Source of the DNA: an uncultured Planctomycetota bacterium
GTDB lineage: Bacteria; Planctomycetota; JACOTG01; JAUIME01
Direction of reading: 5' to 3'
NCBI GenBank assembly: GCA_964597885.1
Contig: CAZQZX010000008.1
Span: forward strand, 576-64,575
DNA length: 64,000 nt
Shown in pieces: positions 37,129 through 46,604 of this stretch. The notes under the pieces are model-generated. The model was not told the origin of the DNA. It searched no databases and saw nothing but the letters and a program-made list of their open reading frames with translations. Each line of letters begins with the position of its first letter. The first letter of the stretch is position 1. The position numbers and the translations under genes are program-made.

Positions 37129-38592
37129 CTACTCGACGTATCCGAGCCGGCGGAGCTGCTGGACCTGGTCCTCGGTGAGCTCGAGCGGTTCCGGGTCGGT
37201 GAGCCGGACCGACTTCTGCCACGCGCGGAAGGCGTCGACGTCTTTCTTCATGCGCTCCACGCGATCGGTGTGAGCGTCGGCGAGGTCGCGTTGCTCGCCG
37301 GGATCGGCCCTCCGATCGAACAGGCTCGCGGAGCCGAGATCGTGATGGACGATCAGCTTCCAGTCGTCGTCGATGAGGCTGGTCTCATGATTCCCGCGCA
37401 TCTCGTAGATCTGCGGATCGACGCCACCCTCGTGCGATCGAACCGAGATGGCCGGCCGGGTTTCTTCCGAGACCTCTCCGCGGATCGCCGGCAAGAGCGA
37501 CCGACCCTGCGCGGCGTCCGGGATCGCGAGCCCGAGCAGGTCGAGCACGGTCGGGTACACATCGACCAGCTGCGCAGGGGCCGCGATCCGCGACGCCGGA
37601 TGCTCGCGCCCGTCCGGTAGCTTCACGATCAGCGGAACGTGAACGAGCTCGCCGTGCAGCGACTGGTCGTGCAGCCAGTAGCCGTGCTCGAGCATCTCCT
37701 CGCCGTGATCGGCCACGAGGATCACGATCGCGTTCTCCCAGTAGCCGGCCTCGTCGAGGGCGCTCGCGACGGCGCGGAAGTTGTCGTCCGCCTCACGGAC
37801 CGCGAGGTCGTAGTACCGGTGGATCGCGTCGCGGCGCGCCTCGAGCTCCTGCTGCAGTTGAGGGAGCTCGGCCTTCAGCCGCTCGTTCTTCTCGACGCGC
37901 ATCACGAGATGACGGAACCGCTGGAGAAGCCGGTTCAGCTCCGCGAGCTCTTCCCGCTCGGTCCCGGTGAGGCTCCGTTCGAGAGAGTTCAGGGGCCAGT
38001 GCGGCTCGGTCGTGTGGATGTAGAGGAACAGGGGCTCGTCCTGCCGTTCCTTCTGCTCACCCAGCCAATCGAAGATCTGCTGGGAGGTCACGGTGGCCGA
38101 CTGGCGATTGGTCTTGTCGACGCGGAGCGGTCGCTCGAAGAGCTCGTCGTAACCCTGGTCGAGTCCGGTCGCGGATCCCGCGAACGGGCTCTGCGTGAAC
38201 GCTGCCGTCCGGTAGCCCGCGGCGCGCATCTGCTCCGGCAGCGTCTCGACGTCCTCGGGAAGTTTGCGACGCAGTCCGTGGATGCCGTGGCTCGGCGGGT
38301 AGGTGGAGGTCAGCAGGCTCACGACGGACGGCACGGTCCACGGGCCCTGGGACATGGCCTGCTCGAAGACCACGGATCGGGAGGCGAGCTCGTCGATGAA
38401 CGGAGACGTGTCGCCCGGATAGCCGTAGCAGCCGAGGCGATCGGCGCGCAGGGTATCGACGAGATACACGATGACGTGCGGCGTCGCCGGGGGAGGCGCG
38501 GCTCTCTCGCAACCGAGAGTCGTCCCGAATACGACCGCGAACACCGCGATGTGTGCGTGGGATCGGAAGATGGAACGGAGCGGGGCCGCCAT
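37129..38592 (-). CDS. Sulfatase-like (alkaline phosphatase superfamily) lipoprotein
   Basis: Lipobox TLGC; YLVDTLRADRLG, PWTVPSVVS, HTTEPH, ADHGEE, HVPLI, LVDVYPTV. Confidence 0.88.
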   Translation of the reverse strand: MAAPLRSIFRSHAHIAVFAVVFGTTLGCERAAPPPATPHVIVYLVDTLRADRLGCYGYPGDTSPFIDELASRSVVFEQAMSQGPWTVPSVVSLLTSTYPPSHGIHGLRRKLPEDVETLPEQMRAAGYRTAAFTQSPFAGSATGLDQGYDELFERPLRVDKTNRQSATVTSQQIFDWLGEQKERQDEPLFLYIHTTEPHWPLNSLERSLTGTEREELAELNRLLQRFRHLVMRVEKNERLKAELPQLQQELEARRDAIHRYYDLAVREADDNFRAVASALDEAGYWENAIVILVADHGEEMLEHGYWLHDQSLHGELVHVPLIVKLPDGREHPASRIAAPAQLVDVYPTVLDLLGLAIPDAAQGRSLLPAIRGEVSEETRPAISVRSHEGGVDPQIYEMRGNHETSLIDDDWKLIVHHDLGSASLFDRRADPGEQRDLADAHTDRVERMKKDVDAFRAWQKSVRLTDPEPLELTEDQVQQLRRLGYVE

Positions 38593-38622
38593 CGGCGAAG
38601 TTTATCAAACCCTTCGCGCTCG

Positions 38623-38651
38623 TTGACTCGCGGGGGCGGCCCCGATAGGAT
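38623..38651 (+). promoter_or_regulatory. Putative sigma70 promoter TTGACT-N17-TAGGAT for the AOR operon
   Basis: Hexamers at 38623-38628 and 38646-38651. Confidence 0.6.
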
Positions 38652-38753
38652 CGGGGGCAGTCCGGAAGAACCGGGAGTCTTATCGATTCAAAGAACGCTT
38701 CCGCGAGGGAGCGGGTGGCCGAAGCATGCCGATCGTCAGATCCGGAATCGCCC

Positions 38754-39023
38754 ATGCGCATCGTGTTCAAGCTGTATGCGAGCCTCGGCCGCTATCTACC
38801 CCCGCGTCCCGACGGGGGAGACGTCTCGACGAAGCACGAGTGCGTCATCGAGGTGCCGGCCGACGCGACGCCGGCCTGGGTGATCGAGCATCACGGCGTG
38901 CCCGAGGCGATGGCGCATCTTGTGCTGCTGAACGGTGTGTTCGTCGCACCGTCGGCCCGCACCACCACGACGCTGACCGAGGACGACGAGCTCGTCGTGT
39001 TCCCGCCGGTGGCCGGTGGGTGA
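38754..39023 (+). CDS. moaD: MoaD/ThiS-family sulfur carrier
   Basis: 89 aa; FKLYASL, LVLLNG, C-terminal ELVVFPPVAGG. Confidence 0.9.
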   Translation: MRIVFKLYASLGRYLPPRPDGGDVSTKHECVIEVPADATPAWVIEHHGVPEAMAHLVLLNGVFVAPSARTTTTLTEDDELVVFPPVAGG

Positions 39024-39109
39024 TTGCCGCGACCGCATCCGTCGGCGTCGCTCCGTCCTCTTTCCTTCGATCGTTCCCTGAGTCGGATTCCGTCCGAGGA
39101 GATCGCTGA

Positions 39110-39637
39110 ATGCAAAAGTCCCTGTTGCTCGAGCCCGCGAAATGTACCGGGTGCCTGCAGTGCGAGCTCGCCTGCTCGTACGAGAACGAAGGCGTCTTCA
39201 ATCCGGCGAAGTCGCGGATCAAGGTCTTCACGTTTCACGACGAAGGGCGATTCGCGCCGTACACCTGTACGCAGTGCGAAGAGGCGTGGTGCCTGCACTC
39301 GTGTCCGGTGGAAGCGATCGTGATCGACCCGGTGACGGGCGCGAAGAACGTGCTTCCGGAGGTCTGCGTCGGATGCAAGGTCTGCACGATCGCCTGTCCG
39401 TTCGGCACCGTGAACTACGAGCCGGATTCCGGAAAGGTCATCAAGTGCGACCTCTGCGGTGGCGATCCGTGGTGCGCGAAGGCTTGCCCCACGGGAGCGA
39501 TCCAGTACGTCGATGCCGCCGAGACCGGATACGAACGGATGCGCGCGTGGGCGCAGCAGAGTCCGGCCGGCGCGGGGCCGCGGACGAACACGGCACGAGA
39601 GAAGAACGTCGAATCTTTCGAGCGGGCGGATAGCTGA
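39110..39637 (+). CDS. aorA: 4x[4Fe-4S] ferredoxin subunit of aldehyde oxidoreductase
   Basis: CTGCLQCELAC, CTQCEEAWCLHSC, CVGCKVCTIAC, CDLCGGDPWCAKAC. Confidence 0.92.
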   Translation: MQKSLLLEPAKCTGCLQCELACSYENEGVFNPAKSRIKVFTFHDEGRFAPYTCTQCEEAWCLHSCPVEAIVIDPVTGAKNVLPEVCVGCKVCTIACPFGTVNYEPDSGKVIKCDLCGGDPWCAKACPTGAIQYVDAAETGYERMRAWAQQSPAGAGPRTNTAREKNVESFERADS

Positions 39638-39649
39638 GGAGGCCGGATC

Positions 39650-41500
39650 ATGGCGTGGACCCGGAAAGTACTGCGCGTCGACCTGACGGCCGGCAGCGTG
39701 AAGGAAGAACCGCTCAACATGGATTGGGCGAAGATGTATCTCGGGCAGCGAGGGCTCGCGAGCAAGTATCTCGTCGAGGAGATCGATCCAAACTGTGACG
39801 CTCTCGGCCCCGACAACAAGATGATCATGACGACCGGACCGCTCACCGGCACGATGGCGTCGACGGGCGGTCGCTACTCGGTCGTCACGAAGAGTCCGCT
39901 CACCGGCGCGATCGCGTGCTCGAACTCGGGCGGGTTCATCGGCGCCGAGATGAAGTCGGCCGGCTGGGACATGATCATCTTCGAGGGGAAGGCGCCGAAG
40001 CCGGTCTACCTCTACGTGCGAAACGAGCACGTCGAGCTGTGCTCGGCGGACGAGATCTGGGGCAAGTCGGTATGGGACGCCGACAAGTGGCTCCATCAGC
40101 AGCACGCCGACGCGTCGATCCGGATCGCGTGCGTCGGTCGATCGGCCGAGGAAGGCTGTCTCTACTCGGCGATCATCAACGACCTTCATCGCGCCGCGGG
40201 CCGATCGGGCGTCGGCACGGTGATGGCGTCGAAGAACCTGAAGGCCGTCGTCGTCCGCGGGACCCGTGGCGTCGGCAACCTCAAGGATCCGCTTCGCTTC
40301 ATGCAGGCGACCGAGGAAGGCAAGAAGGTGCTGGCCGAGAATGCCGTCACCGGCCAGGGGCTCCCGACGTACGGCACGCAGGTGCTGATGAACGTCATCA
40401 ACGAGATCGGGGCCATGCCGACCCACAACATGCGCGAGTCGAAGTTCGACGGCGCGAAGAAGATCTCGGGCGAGGCGATGCACGAACCGCGCGAGAGCGA
40501 CGGTCAGCCGAACCTCACGACCAACGCGGCCTGCTTCGGCTGCACGATCGCGTGCGGCCGCATCTCGACGATCGATCGCGAGCACTACACGATCAAGAAC
40601 AAGCCCGAGTACTGGGGCAATTCCGGTGGGCTCGAGTACGAAGCGGCGTGGTCGCTCGGATCGGATACGGGGGTCGACGATCTCGACGCGCTCACCTACG
40701 CGAACTTTCTGTGCAACGAAGACGGAATCGATCCGATCTCGTTCGGCGCCACGGTGGCGGCCGCGATGGAGCTCTTCGAGAAGGGCGCGATCACGACCGA
40801 GCACACCGGCGGCATCGAGATGAAGTTCGGGTCGGCCGAGGCGCTGACGAAGGCCGCCGAGCTCACCGCCAAGGGCGAGGGCTTCGGCAAGGATCTCGGC
40901 CTCGGGTCGAAGCGGCTGTGCGAGAAGTACGGCCACCCCGAGCTCTCGATGACGGTGCGCGGGCAGGAGTTCCCGGCCTACGATCCACGCGGGATCCAGG
41001 GCATGGGGCTCGCCTACGCGACGTCGAACCGCGGCGCCTGCCACCTGCGCGGCTACACGGTCGCGTCCGAGGTGCTCGGCATTCCCGAGAAGACCGATCC
41101 GCTCACGAGCGACGGAAAGCCGGCTCTCGTCAAGGCGTTCCAGGACGCGACGGCGGCGGTGGACTCGAGCGGACTGTGCGTCTTCACGACGTTCGCGTGG
41201 ACGCTCGACGACATCGCGCCGCAGATCGACGCGGCGTGTGAAGGCGAGTGGTCGCCCGAGTCGCTCCTCGAAGTCGGCGAGCGCATCTGGAACCTCGAGC
41301 GCGAGTTCAACGAGAGGGCCGGGAGCGGCGGCGCGGAAGATCGTCTGCCTGAGCGTCTCGTGAAGGAAGGCGCGAATACCGGCCCGGCCGAGGGACGCGT
41401 CAACGAGCTCGACAAGATGCTCCCCGAGTACTACGAGCTGAGAGGCTGGTCGAAGGACGGCAAGGTCACCGACGAGACGCGCAAGCGTCTGTCCCTGTAG
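39650..41500 (+). CDS. aorB: Tungsten-dependent aldehyde oxidoreductase catalytic subunit
   Basis: SPLTGAIACSNSGG, RAAGRSGVGTVMASKNLKAV, CFGCTIAC, EYE, DGIDPIS, SNRGACH, DSSGLCVF. Confidence 0.95.
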   Translation: MAWTRKVLRVDLTAGSVKEEPLNMDWAKMYLGQRGLASKYLVEEIDPNCDALGPDNKMIMTTGPLTGTMASTGGRYSVVTKSPLTGAIACSNSGGFIGAEMKSAGWDMIIFEGKAPKPVYLYVRNEHVELCSADEIWGKSVWDADKWLHQQHADASIRIACVGRSAEEGCLYSAIINDLHRAAGRSGVGTVMASKNLKAVVVRGTRGVGNLKDPLRFMQATEEGKKVLAENAVTGQGLPTYGTQVLMNVINEIGAMPTHNMRESKFDGAKKISGEAMHEPRESDGQPNLTTNAACFGCTIACGRISTIDREHYTIKNKPEYWGNSGGLEYEAAWSLGSDTGVDDLDALTYANFLCNEDGIDPISFGATVAAAMELFEKGAITTEHTGGIEMKFGSAEALTKAAELTAKGEGFGKDLGLGSKRLCEKYGHPELSMTVRGQEFPAYDPRGIQGMGLAYATSNRGACHLRGYTVASEVLGIPEKTDPLTSDGKPALVKAFQDATAAVDSSGLCVFTTFAWTLDDIAPQIDAACEGEWSPESLLEVGERIWNLEREFNERAGSGGAEDRLPERLVKEGANTGPAEGRVNELDKMLPEYYELRGWSKDGKVTDETRKRLSL

Positions 41501-41513
41501 AGGAGCGGGCATC

Positions 41514-42785
41514 ATGCATCACGTGATCGTCGGAGCCGGCCCCGCCGGTGTGGTGGCCGCCGAAACGCTGCGCAAGGCGGACGCCGATTGCCGCATCACG
41601 ATCGTGGGCGACGAGCCCGAGCCGCCGTACTCGCGCATGGCGATCCCGTATCTGCTCGAGGGGCAGATCGACGAGAAGGGGACGTACCTGCGCAAGGCCG
41701 ACGACCACTACGCGGGCCTGTCGATCGAGGTGATTCGAGATCGCGTCGCTTCCCTCGACACGGGAGTCAAGGAGCTGACGCTCGCGTCCGGCGGCAAGAC
41801 GGCGTACGACCGGCTTCTCATCGCGACGGGATCGAGCCCTCTCGTTCCGCCCGTCTCGGGCGTCGACCGCGATGGCGTTCATACTTGCTGGACGCTCGAG
41901 GACGCGCGCTCGATCCTCACGCTCGCGTCGAAGGGCGCGCCGGTCGTGCTGATCGGCGCCGGCTTCATCGGCTCGATCATCCTCGAAGCGCTCGCCACAC
42001 GCGGCGTGGACCTGACGGTCGTCGAGATGCAGGACCGCACGGTGCCGCGCATGCTGAACGATCGGGGCGCGGAGCTGCTGAAGCGCTGGTGCGAGCAGAA
42101 GGGCGTACAGATCCGGACGACGACGCGGGTCGAAGCGATCGAGGACGGAACGGACGGCGCGCGCCACTCGGTGCGGCTCGACCCAGGCGGCGCGATTCCG
42201 GCGGATCTGGTTGTCGTGTCGGCGGGCGTGAAGCCGAACGTCTCCTGGCTCGAAGGATCGGGACTCAAGATCGACCAGGGCGTCGTGGTGGATGATCATC
42301 TGCGTTCGAGCGACCCCGATATCTTTGCCGCAGGTGATGTCGCGCAGGGGCCGGACTTCTCGACCGGCGGATTCTCGGTGCACGCCGTGCAGCCGACGGC
42401 GGTCGATCACGCGCGCGTCGCGGCTCTGAACATGACGGGGAAGACGGTTCGCTACCAGGGTAGCGTGCAGATGAACGTGCTCGACACGCTCGGGCTCGTC
42501 TCGACCTCGTTCGGTAGCTGGGACGGCGTCGAAGGCGGCGATCAGGCCGAGCAGCACGACGCGGAGCGATTCGAGTACATCAACCTGCAGTTCAAGGGCG
42601 ACGTGCTCGTGGGCGCGAGCTCCGTGGGCATCACCGACCACATCGGCGTGCTGCGCGGTCTCATCCAGAGTCGGGTCAAGCTCGGCGACTGGAAGGAGAA
42701 GCTGAAGCACGAGCCGAAGCGCGTGATGGAAGCCTACCTCGCCCGTACGCAGCCGCTCGGATTGCCCGCGAAGGTGCTCCACTGA
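41514..42785 (+). CDS. aorC: FAD/NAD-dependent oxidoreductase subunit
   Basis: GAGPAG, PYSRMAIPY, YDRLLIATGS, GAGFIG, IFAAGDVA; directly after aorB. Confidence 0.88.
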   Translation: MHHVIVGAGPAGVVAAETLRKADADCRITIVGDEPEPPYSRMAIPYLLEGQIDEKGTYLRKADDHYAGLSIEVIRDRVASLDTGVKELTLASGGKTAYDRLLIATGSSPLVPPVSGVDRDGVHTCWTLEDARSILTLASKGAPVVLIGAGFIGSIILEALATRGVDLTVVEMQDRTVPRMLNDRGAELLKRWCEQKGVQIRTTTRVEAIEDGTDGARHSVRLDPGGAIPADLVVVSAGVKPNVSWLEGSGLKIDQGVVVDDHLRSSDPDIFAAGDVAQGPDFSTGGFSVHAVQPTAVDHARVAALNMTGKTVRYQGSVQMNVLDTLGLVSTSFGSWDGVEGGDQAEQHDAERFEYINLQFKGDVLVGASSVGITDHIGVLRGLIQSRVKLGDWKEKLKHEPKRVMEAYLARTQPLGLPAKVLH

Positions 42786-42814
42786 GCGAGGACGAGCCCC
42801 GCATCGCGCGCGAG

Positions 42815-43078
42815 ATGGGCTTCACGCACGCGGAGCTCTTTCGGACGCTGCGTCGCGTGTACGGGGATTCGGGCGTTGCGATCGACGGGCGGTCGGTGCG
42901 CATCCGGGACGGTAATCGCGAGGTACGGCTCGACCTCTCGGTGGAGTCGACGCGTCGGCTCGGATCGCTTTCGCTTCCCGTGGTCCACGTCGAGTTCCGT
43001 TTCGCCGGGCATACCCCGGAAGACGTCGAACGATTCCTCGAGCACTTCGACGCGCACTTCCGCAAGGGCGGGGGGTAG
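42815..43078 (+). CDS. Small hypothetical protein (87 aa) ending in KGGG
   Basis: MGFTHAELFRTL...LPVVHVEFRF...FDAHFRKGGG; 29 nt after aorC on the same strand. Confidence 0.75.
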   Translation: MGFTHAELFRTLRRVYGDSGVAIDGRSVRIRDGNREVRLDLSVESTRRLGSLSLPVVHVEFRFAGHTPEDVERFLEHFDAHFRKGGG

Positions 43079-43090
43079 CGCCGCGGTCGC

Positions 43091-43759
43091 TCAGTAGCTG
43101 CCGGGGTCGATCGGCGATTCCGACTCGATCTGCCGCAGCCTTTCCGCGTACGCCTCGAGCTGCTGCTCGCGTTCGGCCGCTTCGAGATGCGCCGGCCCAT
43201 AGACCACGGTCGGCGCGAGCACGTGGAAGCCGACGAAGTAGAACACCCCCCGGTGGACGGGCCTGAGGATGGCGTCGAGATCGCCGTTGAAGCCGCCTTT
43301 CTCGTACGCGGCCTTGGGGCCTCCCGTGGTCGTCGACACCATCGCCTTCTTGTCTCGGAAGAAGCCCGTGTCGTAGAAGCGTCCGCCGCCGTAGGTTCGT
43401 CCCATGGCGAAGACGCGGTCGACCCACCCCTTCAGGATCGCCGGCACGCCGAACCACCAGAGCGGAAACTGCCAGATCATGAGGTCGCACCACTCGAGCT
43501 TCTCGAGCTCGGCCTCGATGTCGGCGGCAAATCCGTCCGCCTCGGTCGCGTGGATCTCCTCGATCTGCTGCTTGAAGTAGTCGGCGTCCTTCGTCGTCGT
43601 GAAGTTACGGCGATCGGAGACCGGATCGAAGCCCATCGCGTAGAGATCCGACGTGCGGACCTCGTGCCCTTCGGCTTCGAGCGTGTCGACGGCCGTGCGG
43701 AACATCGCGCCGTTGAAGCTCGACGGTTCGGCGTGGGCGAAGACAACGAGCGCTTTCAT
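43091..43759 (-). CDS. NAD(P)H:quinone oxidoreductase (flavodoxin-2 family)
   Basis: MKALVVFAHAEPSSFN, SDLYAMGFDP, QFPLWWFGVPAILKGWVDRVF; ATG overlaps the pepT stop. Confidence 0.92.
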   Translation of the reverse strand: MKALVVFAHAEPSSFNGAMFRTAVDTLEAEGHEVRTSDLYAMGFDPVSDRRNFTTTKDADYFKQQIEEIHATEADGFAADIEAELEKLEWCDLMIWQFPLWWFGVPAILKGWVDRVFAMGRTYGGGRFYDTGFFRDKKAMVSTTTGGPKAAYEKGGFNGDLDAILRPVHRGVFYFVGFHVLAPTVVYGPAHLEAAEREQQLEAYAERLRQIESESPIDPGSY

Positions 43760-44994
43760 GCCGCGCCTTCCTTGCCCCACAGTCGCGCGAGCTCGATGAG
43801 GACGTTCTTCGCGGCGTCCATCTCTTCGACGCTGGTCCACTCGAGCGGCGAGTGCGGATTGTGCTGACCGGTCGAGAGGTTCGGCGTCGGGAGCCCCATC
43901 TCGGTGAGGCCCGAGCCGTCGGTGCCGCCGCGGATGATCGTCGGCTGCGGTTCGAGGCCGGCATCGCGGATCGCCTGCATGCCGAGCGTGAGGGCGCGCG
44001 GCTCGCGCCCGAGGCCGTCGCGCATGTTGCGGTACTGCTTGCGCACTTCGATCTCGATCGACGCCTTCGGGTGCAGCGGACGAAGCTCGGCGGCGATGGA
44101 CTCGAGGAGCGCGGCTTGATCGGCCAGTTTCGGCGTCTCGAAGTCGCGCAGGATCAGCTGCGCGCGCGCTTCCGCCACGCCTCCCTGGATCTCGTACGGG
44201 TGCACGAAGCCGTCGCGACCCGACGTGCATTCGGGAGAGAGGTCGGCGGGAAGCCGCGAGAGGAACTCGCCGAGGATCCGGATCGCGTTGACGAGCTTGT
44301 CCTTGCCCATCGACGGGTGGGTGTTGATGCCCGTCACGGTGACGATGGCGAGGTCGGCCGAGAACGTCTCGGTGTCGATCTTCGCCGTGCCTTCGCCGTC
44401 GAGCGTGTAGCCGCATACGGCGTCGATCGCGGCGAGGTCGATCTTCTCGGTGCCGCGCCCGATCTCCTCGTCGCACGTGAAGCAGAGGCGGATCGGGCCG
44501 TGCGCGATGTCCGGATGATCGAGCAGATGCTGCGCCGCCGACAGGATGACCGCGATCCCCGATTTGTCGTCGGAGCCGAGGAGCGTCGTGCCGTCGGTTG
44601 TGATGATGGTACCGCCGTGGAGCGTCGCGAGCGTCGGGTTCTCGTCGACGCGAACGACTTTCGACGGATCGCCCGGCAGCACGATGTCGCGGCCGTCGTA
44701 GTCCGCGTGCACGACCGGCTTCACGTTCGTGCCCGACGTCTCGGGCGATGTGTCGACGTGGGCGAACCACGCGATCGCGGGCGCCTGGCAACCGGGCGTC
44801 GCGGGCACCGTGGCGAGGACGAGGCCATCCGGCGTGAGCGTCACATCGGCGAGGCCCATGTCGCGGCACTCGGCCTCGAGCATGCGGCTGAGGTCGAGCT
44901 GCTTCGCGGTGCTCGGATACGTCGTGCTGTGCTCGTCGGCCTGGGTGTCGACCTGGACGTAGCGGAGGAATCGATCGAGAAGCGTGGTCGTCAT
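43756..44994 (-). CDS. pepT: Peptidase T (M20B tripeptide aminopeptidase)
   Basis: LLDRFLRYVQVDTQAD, AHVDTS, LLGSDDKSG, FTCDEEIGRG, IRGGTDGS, HNPHSPLEW. Confidence 0.95.
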   Translation of the reverse strand: MTTTLLDRFLRYVQVDTQADEHSTTYPSTAKQLDLSRMLEAECRDMGLADVTLTPDGLVLATVPATPGCQAPAIAWFAHVDTSPETSGTNVKPVVHADYDGRDIVLPGDPSKVVRVDENPTLATLHGGTIITTDGTTLLGSDDKSGIAVILSAAQHLLDHPDIAHGPIRLCFTCDEEIGRGTEKIDLAAIDAVCGYTLDGEGTAKIDTETFSADLAIVTVTGINTHPSMGKDKLVNAIRILGEFLSRLPADLSPECTSGRDGFVHPYEIQGGVAEARAQLILRDFETPKLADQAALLESIAAELRPLHPKASIEIEVRKQYRNMRDGLGREPRALTLGMQAIRDAGLEPQPTIIRGGTDGSGLTEMGLPTPNLSTGQHNPHSPLEWTSVEEMDAAKNVLIELARLWGKEGAA

Positions 44995-45062
44995 GGTGGT
45001 TCTGCCAGATCTCCAGATGGGGGAACGGTCGCGCGCGCACCCGGGCGGATGCGGCTAGCGGA

Positions 45063-46373
45063 TCATAGCTTCTCGATCGTCGGGATCGCGAGATAGAACA
45101 CGGACATCGTACCGTCTTCCGTGGTGAAGAACGGGACGTACGTCGCGTCGCAGCCCCCGTTGGCGGTGGGGTCGACCTGTCGCCATCCCTCACCCTCGCG
45201 GAGCACCTCGGCCCAGACGTGTCCGCCCATGCCGTCGACCCATCCGGCGACTTGCCGGCAGGGCACATCCACGGCGCGGGCGAGCGTGATGAAGCTGTCC
45301 GAGAAGTCCCAGCAGTGGCCGAGCTTTCGTTCGTGGAAGGCGCCGAAGCCGTGCCGGGAGCCCGTGTCGCGGCCGCCGAAGTTCAGGTTCGTGCCGGGCC
45401 GATGCCAGGCGAGCAGCCGCTCGACCTTCTCGGGGACGGTCTTCGCGTCGCCGACGATCTCGCTGGCGAGGGCGCGGATGCTCTCGTCCTCAGAAGGCCA
45501 GGTCGTCGTGGCCGCGGTCAGTCCGACGTCCTTCTTGCGATCGCTCGGTGTGATCGCGAATGCACTCGTGCGGACGGTGCCCTCGACGGTCGCATAGGGG
45601 ACCCCGGCGCGCTCGGGAAGGTCGCCGAACTCGTAGGCGACGACGTCATCGTGGAACCAGCTCTCGCGCCGCGCGGCATCCGGGGTGACGCTCCAGTCCC
45701 CGGGCTTGCCGTCCGCGCCGAGCAGACGCAGCTGGATCGAGCGACCGAACTCGAACTGGTCGCGATACTCTTGGACGCGCTTTCGGGTCTCGGTGTCGTC
45801 GGGGTTCGCCGCGAGGCGAATGAGCAGATTGAACGCGACGTTGACGTCGGCCGGGTTGCCCTTGCGGAGCGGAGCGAGCTGGAAGCCGACGCGATACGTC
45901 GCATCGCGCGGCTCGAACCCCAGCACGATCGCGGCCTCGCGGACGGGGCGGATGTCGTTGGCGACGAACTCGACCACCGTCTTTCCGTCCCGCTTCACGG
46001 CGAGCTGGTTGCCCTTGTGGACCTCGAGCATCGCGCGATGCAGACGTTCGGCATCGCCGTTGCTGGCGCCCATGATCAGGTTGACCCGGATCACGCCGTA
46101 GGGAGTTTGGAGCTGATCGTTGGTCAGGGCGAGAATCTCGGCGCCCATCTTCTTTCCGAGCGGAGCGAATCCCGCTTCGGGGACGGCGGTGTGCTTCCTC
46201 AGGCGCCATCCGTCGGGCAGATTGTCGAACCGGTGGAGCAACTCCTTCACGGCGTTCCGGGTCGGATCGAGGGAGGACGAGCTCGCCAGGATCGACGGGG
46301 CCCACGCGGCGAAGGCGAGGCCGGTCAGCAAGAGGAACGCGCGCAGCGCGCGAGCAGCGTTCGTGGATCTCAT
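45063..46373 (-). CDS. Secreted transglutaminase-like cysteine protease-domain protein
   Basis: Signal peptide; triad GHCWDFS, GHVWAEV, WRQVDPT. Confidence 0.87.
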   Translation of the reverse strand: MRSTNAARALRAFLLLTGLAFAAWAPSILASSSSLDPTRNAVKELLHRFDNLPDGWRLRKHTAVPEAGFAPLGKKMGAEILALTNDQLQTPYGVIRVNLIMGASNGDAERLHRAMLEVHKGNQLAVKRDGKTVVEFVANDIRPVREAAIVLGFEPRDATYRVGFQLAPLRKGNPADVNVAFNLLIRLAANPDDTETRKRVQEYRDQFEFGRSIQLRLLGADGKPGDWSVTPDAARRESWFHDDVVAYEFGDLPERAGVPYATVEGTVRTSAFAITPSDRKKDVGLTAATTTWPSEDESIRALASEIVGDAKTVPEKVERLLAWHRPGTNLNFGGRDTGSRHGFGAFHERKLGHCWDFSDSFITLARAVDVPCRQVAGWVDGMGGHVWAEVLREGEGWRQVDPTANGGCDATYVPFFTTEDGTMSVFYLAIPTIEKL

Positions 46374-46495
46374 CGGGGAATCTCCAGTTCCGGACCGTCC
46401 CCATTATCCGTAACCGGCGCCCAGGCCTCAACGGATCGCCCGGGCGTCGGACGACGCGGGCCGTGACCGACTTCCTTCGTTTTCGGGAATCCTCG

Positions 46496-46524
46496 TTGAC
46501 GGGCCCGGAAGGTCGTGTTAGTTT
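46496..46524 (+). promoter_or_regulatory. Putative sigma70 promoter TTGACG-N17-TAGTTT with TGn extension
   Basis: Hexamers at 46496-46501 and 46519-46524; TG at 46516-46517. Confidence 0.55.
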
Positions 46525-46604
46525 TGCAGCACAGTGCTGGAAATGCAGCACTCGGCGCCCGGGGCGTCGGAGCAGGCGACGCAGACCAGATGGAGGACGG
46601 TCGC

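Noticed and set aside
38581-38644. 10-bp inverted repeat CGGGGCCGCC/GGCGGCCCCG flanking the divergent sulfatase/AOR promoters
   Set aside because: All-GC arms are likely by chance at this GC content, and one arm lies within coding sequence.
43091-45268. 725-aa ORF apparently extending the quinone reductase upstream
   Set aside because: The extension is an alternative frame of pepT; the real start is ATG 43759, overlapping the pepT stop.
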